A stretch of 32,000 nt of DNA from Zygophlyctis sp. KS116 (Eukaryota; Fungi; Chytridiomycota). The stretch covers positions 27,596 through 59,595 of the forward strand of contig BAAFSQ010000032.1 in NCBI GenBank assembly GCA_054661495.1, written 5' to 3'. The notes beneath the pieces were generated by a model. That model saw only the letters and a program-made list of their open reading frames with translations, did not search any database and had not been told where the DNA came from. Of the stretch, positions 1-12,848 are shown in pieces; position 1 is the stretch's first letter; every line of letters starts with the position of its first letter. Both the position numbers and the translations under genes were made by a program.

Positions 1-848
1 CTCCAGACATATATAAAGCTATCCTCTGACGATTCTTGACGGCGTTGGTATGAAGCTGTTTGATATATTCTTTTCTCTTGTCAATATTATGTGAATTATA
101 CTCGTTCGGCTAGATTTTAGGAAAAATCACAATTCACACCTTGCTTGACTCAATATCCTCAATCGGATGGGAGTACTTTTTTTGAAACTCGGAGAATGCA
201 TTCCAAGTTTTAAATATTTTGGTGACAGCATCTGATTCCTCTATTGACCTTTTACTTTTCCTGGCTTTTGATTGTGATACAACCTTGGAGATTTCAATCA
301 CAGCTGAATCGATTGAATTAATTTGTGGTTCAGTATGCTCTTGAATTTCTGGAACTGCTGGAATCGTTTCCAATACGCTGCTTTCCTGGTTAAGTTGGTA
401 TAAAGATGGTAGATCACATAGGATATTACTGCCTTTTAAAGACTGATGCCCAGAAAGTATTCTACTGCCTCTTAGCGACTTTAATGAGTCCCAGGTTTCT
501 CGATCAGTTGTGGTGGCCCATGTATCAGTTGATTTAGCTCTATTAAGATCATGATCAGGAACTATCGGTTTGTCCTTCTTTAATTTAGAGGCCTTTGGCT
601 TCTTCTTTGCTTTCCCCTTGCAAATTATTTAATATCAGAATTACCTCTAGTTTTCTTTCCCATTTCTCACTTTCATAAGCAATCTTTTGCCTTTGCTTTG
701 AAACGATGGACTTTAAAAGAAGCAATCGGCTCCGTTTAAGTTCCTGTTCCTTCATCTCAATGTACCTAAATAGGCTTTCAGCTCTCAAACCTTTTTTATA
801 AGATTCTGATTCCTTCAGATCATTTTTTTTAACTTGATTTGCCTTCAT
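1..848 (-). CDS. Uncharacterised basic/coiled-coil protein, 3' end runs off the window
   Basis: ATG at 848 (MKANQVKK). GT-AG introns 617-644 (28 nt) and 110-139 (30 nt) join ORFs 585-899 and 134-373 into one frame that stays open to base 1. No recognisable domain. Confidence 0.65.
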
Positions 849-853
849 AATTG

Positions 854-866
854 ACGTAATCGGACA
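854..866. promoter_or_regulatory. Candidate promoter motif ACGTAATCGGACA
   Basis: Lies 5 nt upstream of ATG 848 and is the exact reverse complement of 31677-31689. Confidence 0.45.
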
Positions 867-895
867 CGAGTAACCACTCAATGAAACGGAGATTT

Positions 896-3183
<2,288 letters not shown>

Positions 3184-3203
<20 letters not shown>

Positions 3204-3651
3204 AGAATGTTATGATTGCTGGTACGATTTGGAAAATAGCTCCAGAATTTTTAGCAAAATTGGAAGCCTCTGGAGTCTTGGAAATAGATGTTGGACCAGA
3301 TTGTGTTGGAGTTTTAATCGCTGTTGCAGTTGATGGAAATTGTCTAGCAGCATCACAATAACTGCTTTGTGATTGTTTTGCACTACTTGCAACTGGATCT
3401 CCTGGACAGAAAATGGAATAACAGCCTACAACTGAAGTAGCTTTTGAACAAAGACAAGAGAAGTATGCTGCTTGATCATTTTGTAAAGAAGCACAAGCAC
3501 TGGCAATGTCAACTGGCCCAACTTGTCCGCTTGGATCAGTTAGACTATCTCTGATACAAGCAGAAAATGCAGGCATATTGTTTCCAATGGAACAACTAGG
3601 TGCTTGAGCATAGACTGAAGCTAAGAGAATGGAGACGAAAAATAGTTGCAT
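3184..3651 (-). CDS. Secreted 8-Cys (CFEM-like) protein with S/T-rich stalk and GPI-anchor signal
   Basis: Signal peptide MQLFFVSILLASVYA, 8 Cys including CxC and CxxxxC, S/T/P-rich linker, then NSG and a hydrophobic C-terminal tail. Confidence 0.75.
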
Positions 3652-3838
3652 TACGTATATCAAAGCACGTGGAGTAAACAAACAATTCTTAATATAGTTT
3701 TGAAGATCAATCAGATTCAAAGGAGGGTTTTTAATTTAAGTTATCCATACTTCTAAAAATAAAAACTTGGTGTTTATTTTTAGTATAAATTACCCATAAG
3801 ATCATCCAAACCACATAAATTAAAATTCATCAGTAGGA

Positions 3839-5419
3839 ATGCATCGATCATTAGCCATAAGCATTAGCTTTCTTTCAGTCTTGATATTACTCATGTATAA
3901 ATATAGAGAATGGAAAGAAAAACAGCATGAATTGTTATCATCCAACGCAATAAATCTGAATCCTCCTCCATTGGCGGCTTTCCTTGGTAATGATGCTGCA
4001 GATGATCAAGTCCATTTTAGTTCATGGTGGATCTCAAACTATACTTTTCTCATTTACTTTTTAGTTCCATCTTCTATAATGCTCGGACTATTAAACATTT
4101 TGTTATTTGTCATATCTAAAACTACTCAACCTGCTGTGATTATCTTGCATTGGCTGCTAACATTGACTATATTTAGGTTGAACAGTTGGATATTTACTCG
4201 AGGCCTTGGATGGGTGTATCCCAATCTTTACGTAAGTTCAACATTCTAAAAAACAGTTTCCAATGAGTGATCTAGAAAAGAGTATTGGGTATGGACCATT
4301 AATAGTAGGTCATCTCTTGATATCTTGTCTGGTACATAAAAAGGTTTTATTTTTACAAATCTCTTTTATTATTGCGATACAGTACTTTTCTGAAACTGGG
4401 GCATTCTGGTGGATATCGGCGAGTATTATATCGTCATTAGTAGTTGGATGTATTTTGCTCTTAACTTTAAATCATGATTATTTTCCTGTTGCTAAAGAGG
4501 AGGAGGATGCTTCTAAAAATTCCAAAACACAAAGGTTAAATAACTTGGCCAGGAATATTATGTTTGCATCATTGGTTAATATGGTGTCTAATAGTGTGTA
4601 TATCTTCAGTCAATCCACCCCTCAAAATTCAGTCTCTCACTTGATTCCGTCAACATCATTAAGTTTTATCATTCTAAGCAATCCCAGGAGCATTGATTTA
4701 ATCTCTGAAACTGTAAAAACTTTAATCGAAAGTATTGAAACTATTGAAAAAGACACTAAATCAATTAATCCATTTCAAATTCTAATTTATACTTCAGATG
4801 AAAATCATAAAAAAGCTAACACTATAAAAGATTCACATCTCTTTTGGCTTGTTAAGCCAGGTCCTGTAGGTAGAAAATTCCACAGACAGCATTTATTAAG
4901 TGCTTTGAATGCGGCTTCAGCAAATAATTCAGCTGGTATTTCAAATAGTTTGTCTGAAAAGTATGAATGGAGCCCGAATTCAATATACTTTGCAATTTGG
5001 GAAGACGATTTCCCGCTTTGTGATAATATCTCATTGATGAAATTCTTAAAGGTTGCTTGGAAGACTCATCACTGTGGATTTCAAGTTGCCACGGGTGGAT
5101 CTGGGCTTATCTTTCCTAGGGTGTTACTCACATCTTTAATAACTGCGCTGGAAACTAGAACAGCTGATCCAGTAGACGTTGTAATGCAGAAATGTATTCA
5201 GGGAATTTATTGCGACGTTTGTGTTTTTAGTTCCTATTTTAAGCCCATGATAGTACCTAGTATGATCATTGCCAAACACACGGGATGGAATGCTAGTATT
5301 TTAGCGCATAAATTTCCTAAAGGTAATAAAAAGGAGTACTTATTCTATTAGATCGTTGGAATTGCGGGTGGAGGAGTCCATTTACACGTTTGGAGGAAGC
5401 TGGAGTTATCATGGTATAA
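3839..5419 (+). CDS. Multi-pass membrane protein with C-terminal GT-A glycosyltransferase-like domain
   Basis: Introns 4232-4256 (25 nt) and 5323-5351 (29 nt) join the ORFs. Several N-terminal hydrophobic segments are followed by WEDDFPLC (DxD-like), ATGGSGLIF, a late His (KHTG) and a terminal WNCGWRSPF. Confidence 0.65.
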
Positions 5420-5626
5420 GCTAAAACACACGGCACCTAAGTAAAAATTGCATGGCATCGAATTCTTGGGCCCCTTGATGGTAAGAAAGTCCATTTGCAT
5501 CAGAATCAATTGAATATCCAGTACACGATTAAAACTTTAAGGGTTTTTTATGAATAAGAATATCAAGCTTAACATGCAAGATAAAGAAGATAAATTTAAT
5601 CGAATGAATTCATATTTTTTAAGTAA

Positions 5627-7531
5627 CTAAAACTCGGTTGCATTTTTCATTTCTGATCTACCGGTTTCCATTATATGAATTGTCTTTTCTATTATTTCCT
5701 GGCTCAATGCAGATTCTGCGTCTAAGGCTAGAGCAAGAGCAAGACGAACCGTATTGCTGATTTGTCTTCCATTCAACTCGTGTCCGGCAAGTTTGTTCCA
5801 GTCCAGGGCTCCAACTCCAATGGAAGGAGAAATACGATTAATCAGGGTTTTCCACACCTGGGCTCTAGCTGCATGATCCAGCGATTCATATTTTAAAGCT
5901 ACAGTCACACGACTTTCAAAAGCTGGATCGAATTCACGCACTCGATTTGTAGTTAAAAACAATATTCCTGGATGATATTCTACCAACCTAAGCAGGACAC
6001 ATACCATGGCATTTCTTACAAAGTCACTTATTTGACGCTTCTCTAGAAACACATCCGCTTCGTCAATTAGAGCCAAGGCGTTCCATCCTTCACAGAGTGA
6101 TAAAACATCTCTTAAGCGATTTTCAACAGCTTCAGGAACTGTCCCCAGCTCTCCCATGCTCACGTAATAAAGCGGACGGTGCAATACCTCTGCAATCGCC
6201 TCTGCCGTAAGAGTTTTCCCCACTCCAGGTGGACCATGCAGTAAGAATATAGATCCAGAGCTTTTCCCTGCAATAATATCTTGAACATGACCAGCGGAAT
6301 GTTCCTGCCCACCGCCACCAAAACGCACCAATGCTTTAATTAACTGTTTCCGGCCTGAATCAAGTACTAATTGATCAAATGCATTATCGTTAAATTTGAT
6401 ATCCTTGAGACTTGATACAAGCACATGGCCCCACCCTTTTAATGTAAAACTAAATCCAACTACAGCAGGCCAAGTAATGTCTACCATGCCTTGAGGAACT
6501 TTTTCAAACAATATCAAACCATCAAATGCCGTATTTTTGTCTTTGATACCGCCAACAACAGCGCGACGATATCTGCCCACTAAATTTATCATTGCATTCG
6601 AAGGTTCATCCATTCCATTTGTCGGATAGTGACCTAAAGTACTCCCGCGAGATACATCTACAACTAAGCGACCACCACTATTAGCAAGAGATCCTGACAT
6701 GGATCGTATTTTATTGGTTGATCCATCATGTAAGAAAAATGATCCTGCATCGTATGCAACAAAACAATATCCCTTTTCCAAATCAACAGTTTTCTTATAA
6801 TATTCACCGCAATTTCTAAAAATCTCTAATTGACACTTAGAAGCCGGATAATATGGCAATTCTGTTATTGATCTAGATCTAGTACCCATCCAACCTGAAA
6901 ATACCTCTTCAAAATTTACCAATGCAAAATGTCTTGCAACTGTACAAAGAAATTCCAACTTTAAATGAAAACTTTTCTCCAAACCGATAAGTGATCGTCG
7001 TTCTTGGTAAAAACATTCAACGACACGAAATCCTGACTGTACTCCGCAGCTAGTCATACCTGCGACAACACAACCCGGTAAAAACAATTCCTGTAATGAG
7101 TCAAACGTTACAATATTTTGAGAAATATTTTCATGAGATTCACTTATATCATTCTTAAATATCCTTTGAATTGCCAAAATCAAATCTCTCAATCCTAGAA
7201 TAATAATCTTCTCGTCCGGACGAGTAACTTGAAATCCAAACCCACTGACGTATTGCAGAACAAACGTTTGGATATACTTTTGATAATAAGGATCTTCTGA
7301 TCCTATTCCTTCATTGTATAGATCAACATAATGCAAAAGAGATCTAAAACGTCCCAATACATTGTAAAGGAGAGATACTGGAACCCCTTTTACTCCAGGA
7401 TTCGAGGTGAAGTTTCGGACAATCGATTTTAAAGATATTCCTGGAGAATATGAATCATTTGGAGGTTCTGGGAAGCTGAATAATGCTGATGGATCTTCTA
7501 GGGAGTCAGTTGTAAAATATGAAGATGACAT
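5627..7531 (-). CDS. AAA+ ATPase, fungal single-AAA type, intronless, 634 aa
   Basis: Walker A GPPGVGKT, Walker B LIDEADVFL, sensor I TTNR, DPAFESR, LNGRQI, and AFDQLVL...DIIAGK preceding the Walker A. Confidence 0.9.
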   Translation of the reverse strand: MSSSYFTTDSLEDPSALFSFPEPPNDSYSPGISLKSIVRNFTSNPGVKGVPVSLLYNVLGRFRSLLHYVDLYNEGIGSEDPYYQKYIQTFVLQYVSGFGFQVTRPDEKIIILGLRDLILAIQRIFKNDISESHENISQNIVTFDSLQELFLPGCVVAGMTSCGVQSGFRVVECFYQERRSLIGLEKSFHLKLEFLCTVARHFALVNFEEVFSGWMGTRSRSITELPYYPASKCQLEIFRNCGEYYKKTVDLEKGYCFVAYDAGSFFLHDGSTNKIRSMSGSLANSGGRLVVDVSRGSTLGHYPTNGMDEPSNAMINLVGRYRRAVVGGIKDKNTAFDGLILFEKVPQGMVDITWPAVVGFSFTLKGWGHVLVSSLKDIKFNDNAFDQLVLDSGRKQLIKALVRFGGGGQEHSAGHVQDIIAGKSSGSIFLLHGPPGVGKTLTAEAIAEVLHRPLYYVSMGELGTVPEAVENRLRDVLSLCEGWNALALIDEADVFLEKRQISDFVRNAMVCVLLRLVEYHPGILFLTTNRVREFDPAFESRVTVALKYESLDHAARAQVWKTLINRISPSIGVGALDWNKLAGHELNGRQISNTVRLALALALDAESALSQEIIEKTIHIMETGRSEMKNATEF

Positions 7532-7703
7532 AACACCGAAGTTAACCGGAATTTTATTAATCTATGCGGGGACTAGAAAAGTCTTGAGCAATCTAGCGCA
7601 AAAGAGAATAGGAAATCTAAAGAAATATCAGAGCGTTTGCATCTCTAAACAACTTTAGATAAATCAAGAAGCGGGAATCGTTTTGGCCTAGGAACAAAAA
7701 AAC

Positions 7704-9913
7704 ATGGCTCGTCGAGATACAAACATGATTGAACTAATGCATGGTATCGCAAAGATTGCAGATCCATATAGATGGTTAGAAAGTCCATATGCAGCAGAAA
7801 CTGTGGAATTTGTCACCAGACAGAATGAAAAATTCAATAGTTTTATTGGAAATTCTAATATCAAATCCAAGATACAAGAGAAAGTTACAAAATACTATAA
7901 TTATGAAAAATTCGGATGTCCGATGAAGCGAGGAGATTACTATTATCACTTTTATAATTCTGGGCTATTGCCGCAAAGTATTTTACAACGGCGACGTGTG
8001 TTAACGGATGAAGCGGTTACATTCTTTGATCCCAATACACTCTCTGCTGATGGTACAGTCTCATTATCAGTGTACTCTTTTTCCAAATCTGGGAAATATT
8101 TTGCTTCTGGATTATCAGCCTCAGGATCTGATTGGATTGAAATCTCCCTAAAAAACGCGGGTTCTGATATTGTCACAGATGTTGAAGAAAAGCCGCTGAA
8201 ATGGGCTAAATTCACTTCAATTTCTTGGACGCATGATGAAAAGGGTTTTTTCTATAACAGATATCCTGCTCCGGTGGTTCAAGATGCTGGAACCGAAACA
8301 GATTCAAATCAATTTGCGCAAATTTACTATCACTATTTGAATACAAATCAAGACAAGGACGCTGTATGCTTTTCAATCCCAGAAAATCCAAATCATATGC
8401 CTGCTGCCTCGGTTTCAGATGATGGTAATTATGTAATCTTTACTGTTTCGGAATCTTGTGATCCGGCAAATAAAGTTTATATTGGGTCTTTAGAGGGATT
8501 TAAGGGCGATTCTAGTTCAATTAAGCTCTTACCGCTCGTAGAGTATATTTCAATTTTTAACACTTAGGAAATTCACGGCTCAATATGAATACTTGACCAA
8601 TGATGGTCCCGTATTTTTCTTCAAAACTACAATGTCTGCTCCTAATAAGCGGATTGTCAAAATAGATATCGAACATTTGGATAAAGGATGGGTAGAAGTA
8701 GTCCCAGAGTCAAAGAATGTCATTGATGAATGTACAGTGATTGATAATGATAAGTTGGTTTTGGTATATTTGTCAGACGTCAAGGTGATTCATTTCCAGT
8801 ATTTTATTCATTAGCATGTAATTGAAATTAAATCGCTATATACTGGAGAAGTTGTAGAGCCAAAGGAGCTATATCTACCGTTGGGCTCAATTGTTCAAAC
8901 CATTTCTGGTAAAAGAGAACACAAGGAAATATTTTATTCTTTTTCATCTTTTACAACTCCAGGAACAATCCGCAGCTTTGACTTTAGCGTAATGAAGGCA
9001 TCAGTATTTAAGACAACTGTTGTAGATGGATTAAACTCTGATGATTTTGAAACTAGGCAAGTATTCTATGAAAGTAAAGATGGAACCAAAATTCCTATGT
9101 ATATTGTATCCAAAAAAGGAGTTACATTAAATGGAAATAATCCTTCATTACTTTACGGATATGGGGGCTTCAATATATCGGTGACTCCCCGATTTTCGGT
9201 AACATGGCTTGTAAATTAATTCTAAATTTTAACATTCAGACTTTTGTGCAACATTTGGGTGGTGTTTTGGCCGTCGCAAATATTCGAGGAGGGGGTGAGT
9301 ATGGCGAAGAATGGTATAAACAAGGGAAACTGAAAAACAAACAAAATGTGTTTGATGATTTCCAAGCAGCTGCAAAATATCTTATTTCAAATGGGTACAC
9401 GCAATCTTCAAAGTTGGGCATTAACGGTGGCTCAAATGGTGGATTACTCGTAGGAGCTTGTATTAATCAGACACCCGAGCTTTTTGGATGTGCAATTGCA
9501 GATGTTGGAGTAATGGATATGCTGCGCTTTCACAAGTTTACAATTGGTCACGCTTGGAAATCAGATTACGGGGACCCAGATGTAAAAGAGGATTTTGAGG
9601 TGTTGTTGAAATATTCTCCGCTTCATAATGTCCAGGCAAATGTTGAATATCCTGCTGTTTTAATAACAACGAGTGATCATGATGATCGGGTTGTCCCATT
9701 ACATTCATTAAAGTTCCTTGCCACTCTTCAGCATTCTCTACCAATTAACAAGCGACCAATTCTTGGTCGAATCGAAACAAAGGCTGGGCATGGAGCTGGG
9801 AAATCCACTCAGCAATATGTAATTATCAATTTAATACTAATGTGTAGATTGAAGAAGCTAGCGATAAATTTGCATTCTTGTCGATTACGGTTGGAGCTGA
9901 ATGGAATGAATAA
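7704..9913 (+). CDS. PREP: Prolyl oligopeptidase (peptidase S9A), 5 exons
   Basis: DPYRWLE, YGYGGF, catalytic GGSNGG / DDRV / AGHG. Introns at 8543-8567, 8785-8814, 9211-9239 and 9819-9847. Confidence 0.95.
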
Positions 9914-9961
9914 GTCAATTTAATTATATTAATAGACTTTTTAAAGTGATTTTCCTGTTCT

Positions 9962-11403
9962 TTATGAGCTTCTTTTAATTGGTAGAATTTTAAGTATTTC
10001 AGAAGCAATATGTTGGTCGTTGTACACAGGCTCGAGTGCGTAGGCAAGCATGCTAGATTCAAGAAATGATCTCCGTATAGGATCTCTTGGCATGTAATAA
10101 TAATCCAGATTTTCAAATAAATGATGAATGTTGAAAGATTCTTGAATTTCCAATAATGGTTGCTCATAAGGACCAAAGAGAATTTCATTTTTTGTTGGAA
10201 AGGGGAATGGTGGGCGCAGTAGTATGGGGTGAACCATTCCAATATATGCCCCTAATTATTAACCATTATTAAGTATTTACCAGGAGATACGTCTTTGAAT
10301 GCATGTGATTCAGATTTTGGGTTACTCTTTTTAAACGTTCCACTGGTCGCAGATACTGTTTTTGTCTGTTTTTTAGTAGAATTATCTTCTATAACGTTTG
10401 CAGAGTATATAACAGTAGTTTGTGTACCGTCATTTGAAGTGGTTGATAATGATTGGTGACTAGAGGCAGCTGATTTTTTCTCTGCTTTAATATCTGCTCC
10501 AGTATCCTCCAATTCTTGCATAACAGTGATTTTATTTAATAATTTCGACTTATCTTGAAACTTTCTTCTGCGTTCCTCATGTTGGATTGCAGGGACAATA
10601 GATGATTTGCCAATTCTATTTGACTCTTGTTGTACTAGAGTTTGTCGTCTCTTGATTCTTGAACTAAGAGAAAAAGAAACCCCGTCACCATTCAAATCAA
10701 GAGATTCTTCATCTACTTGAATTATGGTATTTACAGTAGACTTTCTTAGCGCATCTAAAGCTACCTGACGATCTCTTTTAATCTCTTCTTGCTTTTCGGC
10801 AGGTATTAATGACTTTCTACGAGTATCATTACTTCCGGTAACAGTGGCGTCTAAATCTAAGCCTTTTTGCAGATCTTCTTTTGCTAATGTATTCAAAACA
10901 TTTGAAAGTCTCTTTGATTCTCTTCTAAATTTTGAAATGGTTTCCCTCACTTCTGGTGATATCACCTCGGGTCTAATCGAGAACCGCTTATGTTTTCTTG
11001 TATCTCGATCTATTGTCGTATCAGTGGGCAAACTCTCTGCATTTAACTGATCAAACCGATTTGGTATAATTGACTTATTTCGCCTCTGTATCCTATCACT
11101 TTTGATTCCTGATGGAGTCCCTGTTTTTATTTGATTTCTTTCTGGTGAGGGGGGAACTTTAGGAACCAATGCCAACTTTAATCTACTTGTCACTTGTTGT
11201 TGAATAGGAGTAATAGGAGTATACAATCTACTTTCTGCAGAGACCAATCTACTATTCGTTCTGCTTGAACTCTGTCTTATCGGTGTTTTCCTATCAGATC
11301 CTACACTATTCAAATGTCTACTTCTATCAAAGCGCAAGCTGTCCAGATCCCTAAAAGATGTTTTCCCACTAGGACTTGTTTGTCTTCTACTAGCTGCATC
11401 CAT
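9962..11403 (-). CDS. Uncharacterised protein, R/S-rich disordered N-terminus with small ordered C-terminal region
   Basis: Intron 10252-10280 (29 nt) joins ORF 10252-11409 in frame to ORF 9962-10237. First in-frame ATG is at 11403. Confidence 0.7.
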
Positions 11404-11598
11404 TTCCAAAGTTTCTTCTTCGAGAGAGTCTAAACAAACACAAATAAATGGTATTCAAATTGTTGAACTAATGGCATTGATTAAACAATTTGTAATAGTA
11501 TATTGTATATTATTAAAAATAATGTTGGTCATAAAATCATAATTGTCCATGTCCGATTTCATCTTTTAGCAGGTGCAAAGGCCGAGGTTCCTCGTCAA

Positions 11599-12791
11599 AT
11601 GTCAAAAAAAATAATCGCATCATTTAGAAAATCTCCAGGGATATCGCTTAATGTCATTAAAACAAATACTGCAGGAAGCATTGGGTGGAAGAAACCAAAC
11701 ATTTGGTGGTCTGGCTCTCATTCAAATGGAGCTTTACAATGTGAGAATGCACTAGGGCTTACGAGAGAATTATTTATTGCTTCTCATCATGGGAAATTAG
11801 ATTTGTTGGAATCGGCTCTGGAAAAGGGGGCCGATCCTTCTGCTCATAATAATCTAGCAGTCAGACTGGCAGCATCTACAGGACATGAGGATGTAGTCAA
11901 GAGATTATTACAGGATGTAAGGGTTGATCCTTCAGACCTATATAATGATGCCGTTATTCTTGCTTCTAGTAATGGTTATAGTAGCATTGTTAAAATATTG
12001 TTAAAAGATCAAAGAGTTGATCCTTCGGCTTGTGGAGCAAAAGCCTTGGAAAGAGCCGCGAGTAATGGTTATGATAGTATTGTAGAGGTTCTATTAAAAG
12101 ACAGAAGAGTTGATCCAGCTTGTAGGAAGAATAGGACGCTTCAAATTGCTGCTACTAAAGGTCATTCTAATATAGTTTTAAAACTATTAAAAGATTTTAG
12201 AGTAGATCCATCTGCCGATAATTCAAATGCTCTTAAAATGGCCTCTAAAAATAATCATATTCTTGTTGTGAAAATTCTTTTATCAGATCCAAGAGTAGAT
12301 CCATCTGCTTGGAATAATGCTGTATTTAGGTTTTCTTGTGCGTTTGGACACTTGTCAATTGTAAAACAGCTTTTAAATGACAAAAGAGTGGATCCTAGAG
12401 CAGCCCAAAATGAAGGGATAAGATCAGCATGTGCAAAAGGACATTCACAAATTGTTGAAATACTCTTAAAGGATCCAAGAGTAGACCCTATAGCTGAAGG
12501 TTGTGAATCTTTTATAAAAGCGTGTGCTGGAGGTCATCTATCTGTTGTAAAACTACTTGTAGAAGATGGTAGAGTATTGTTTGATTCTGCAAAAAAGGCA
12601 GGATTTTTTTCAGCATGTTTCGAAGGTCAAACTGAAATTTTAACGTATCTTTTAAATAATCAATCTGTACAATTTGCTCTTGATGATCTTCAAAAGGGAA
12701 GGAAAATTGCATCTGGTTGCTCAGTTACATTACTAGATAAAGCTATTCAAAGGGAAAGGTATTATTTATTAAATCTAAATTTAGAATTTAG
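11599..12791 (+). CDS. Ankyrin-repeat protein, about nine 34-aa 'LLxDxRVDPS' repeats
   Basis: Repeated A-xx-GH-xx-IV-xx-LL-xD-xRVDP units with 102-bp periodicity. First ATG at 11599. A probable terminal intron 12759-12784 (26 nt) gives the ending RI*; otherwise the stop is at 12807. Confidence 0.88.
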
Positions 12792-12848
12792 TCATTTTTA
12801 TTGTTAACAGTTTGGTGTACGTCATTCATTGTAAAATTTCCACCAGTC

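Noticed and set aside
7670-7678. GCGGGAA E2F-like site between the AAA ATPase and peptidase genes
   Set aside because: Single imperfect match with no supporting context.
7704-9913. Prolyl oligopeptidase as a RiPP macrocyclase (POPB-like) cluster
   Set aside because: No MSDIN-like or repetitive precursor or tailoring genes nearby; it looks like a housekeeping enzyme.
5627-9913. AAA ATPase plus peptidase as a prokaryote-style defence or protease module
   Set aside because: Eukaryotic intron-containing context; divergent adjacency is common throughout this compact window.
11800-12580. 102-bp periodic 'agagt(t/a)gatcc' repeats as a CRISPR-like array
   Set aside because: The periodicity is fully explained by in-frame 34-aa ankyrin repeats.
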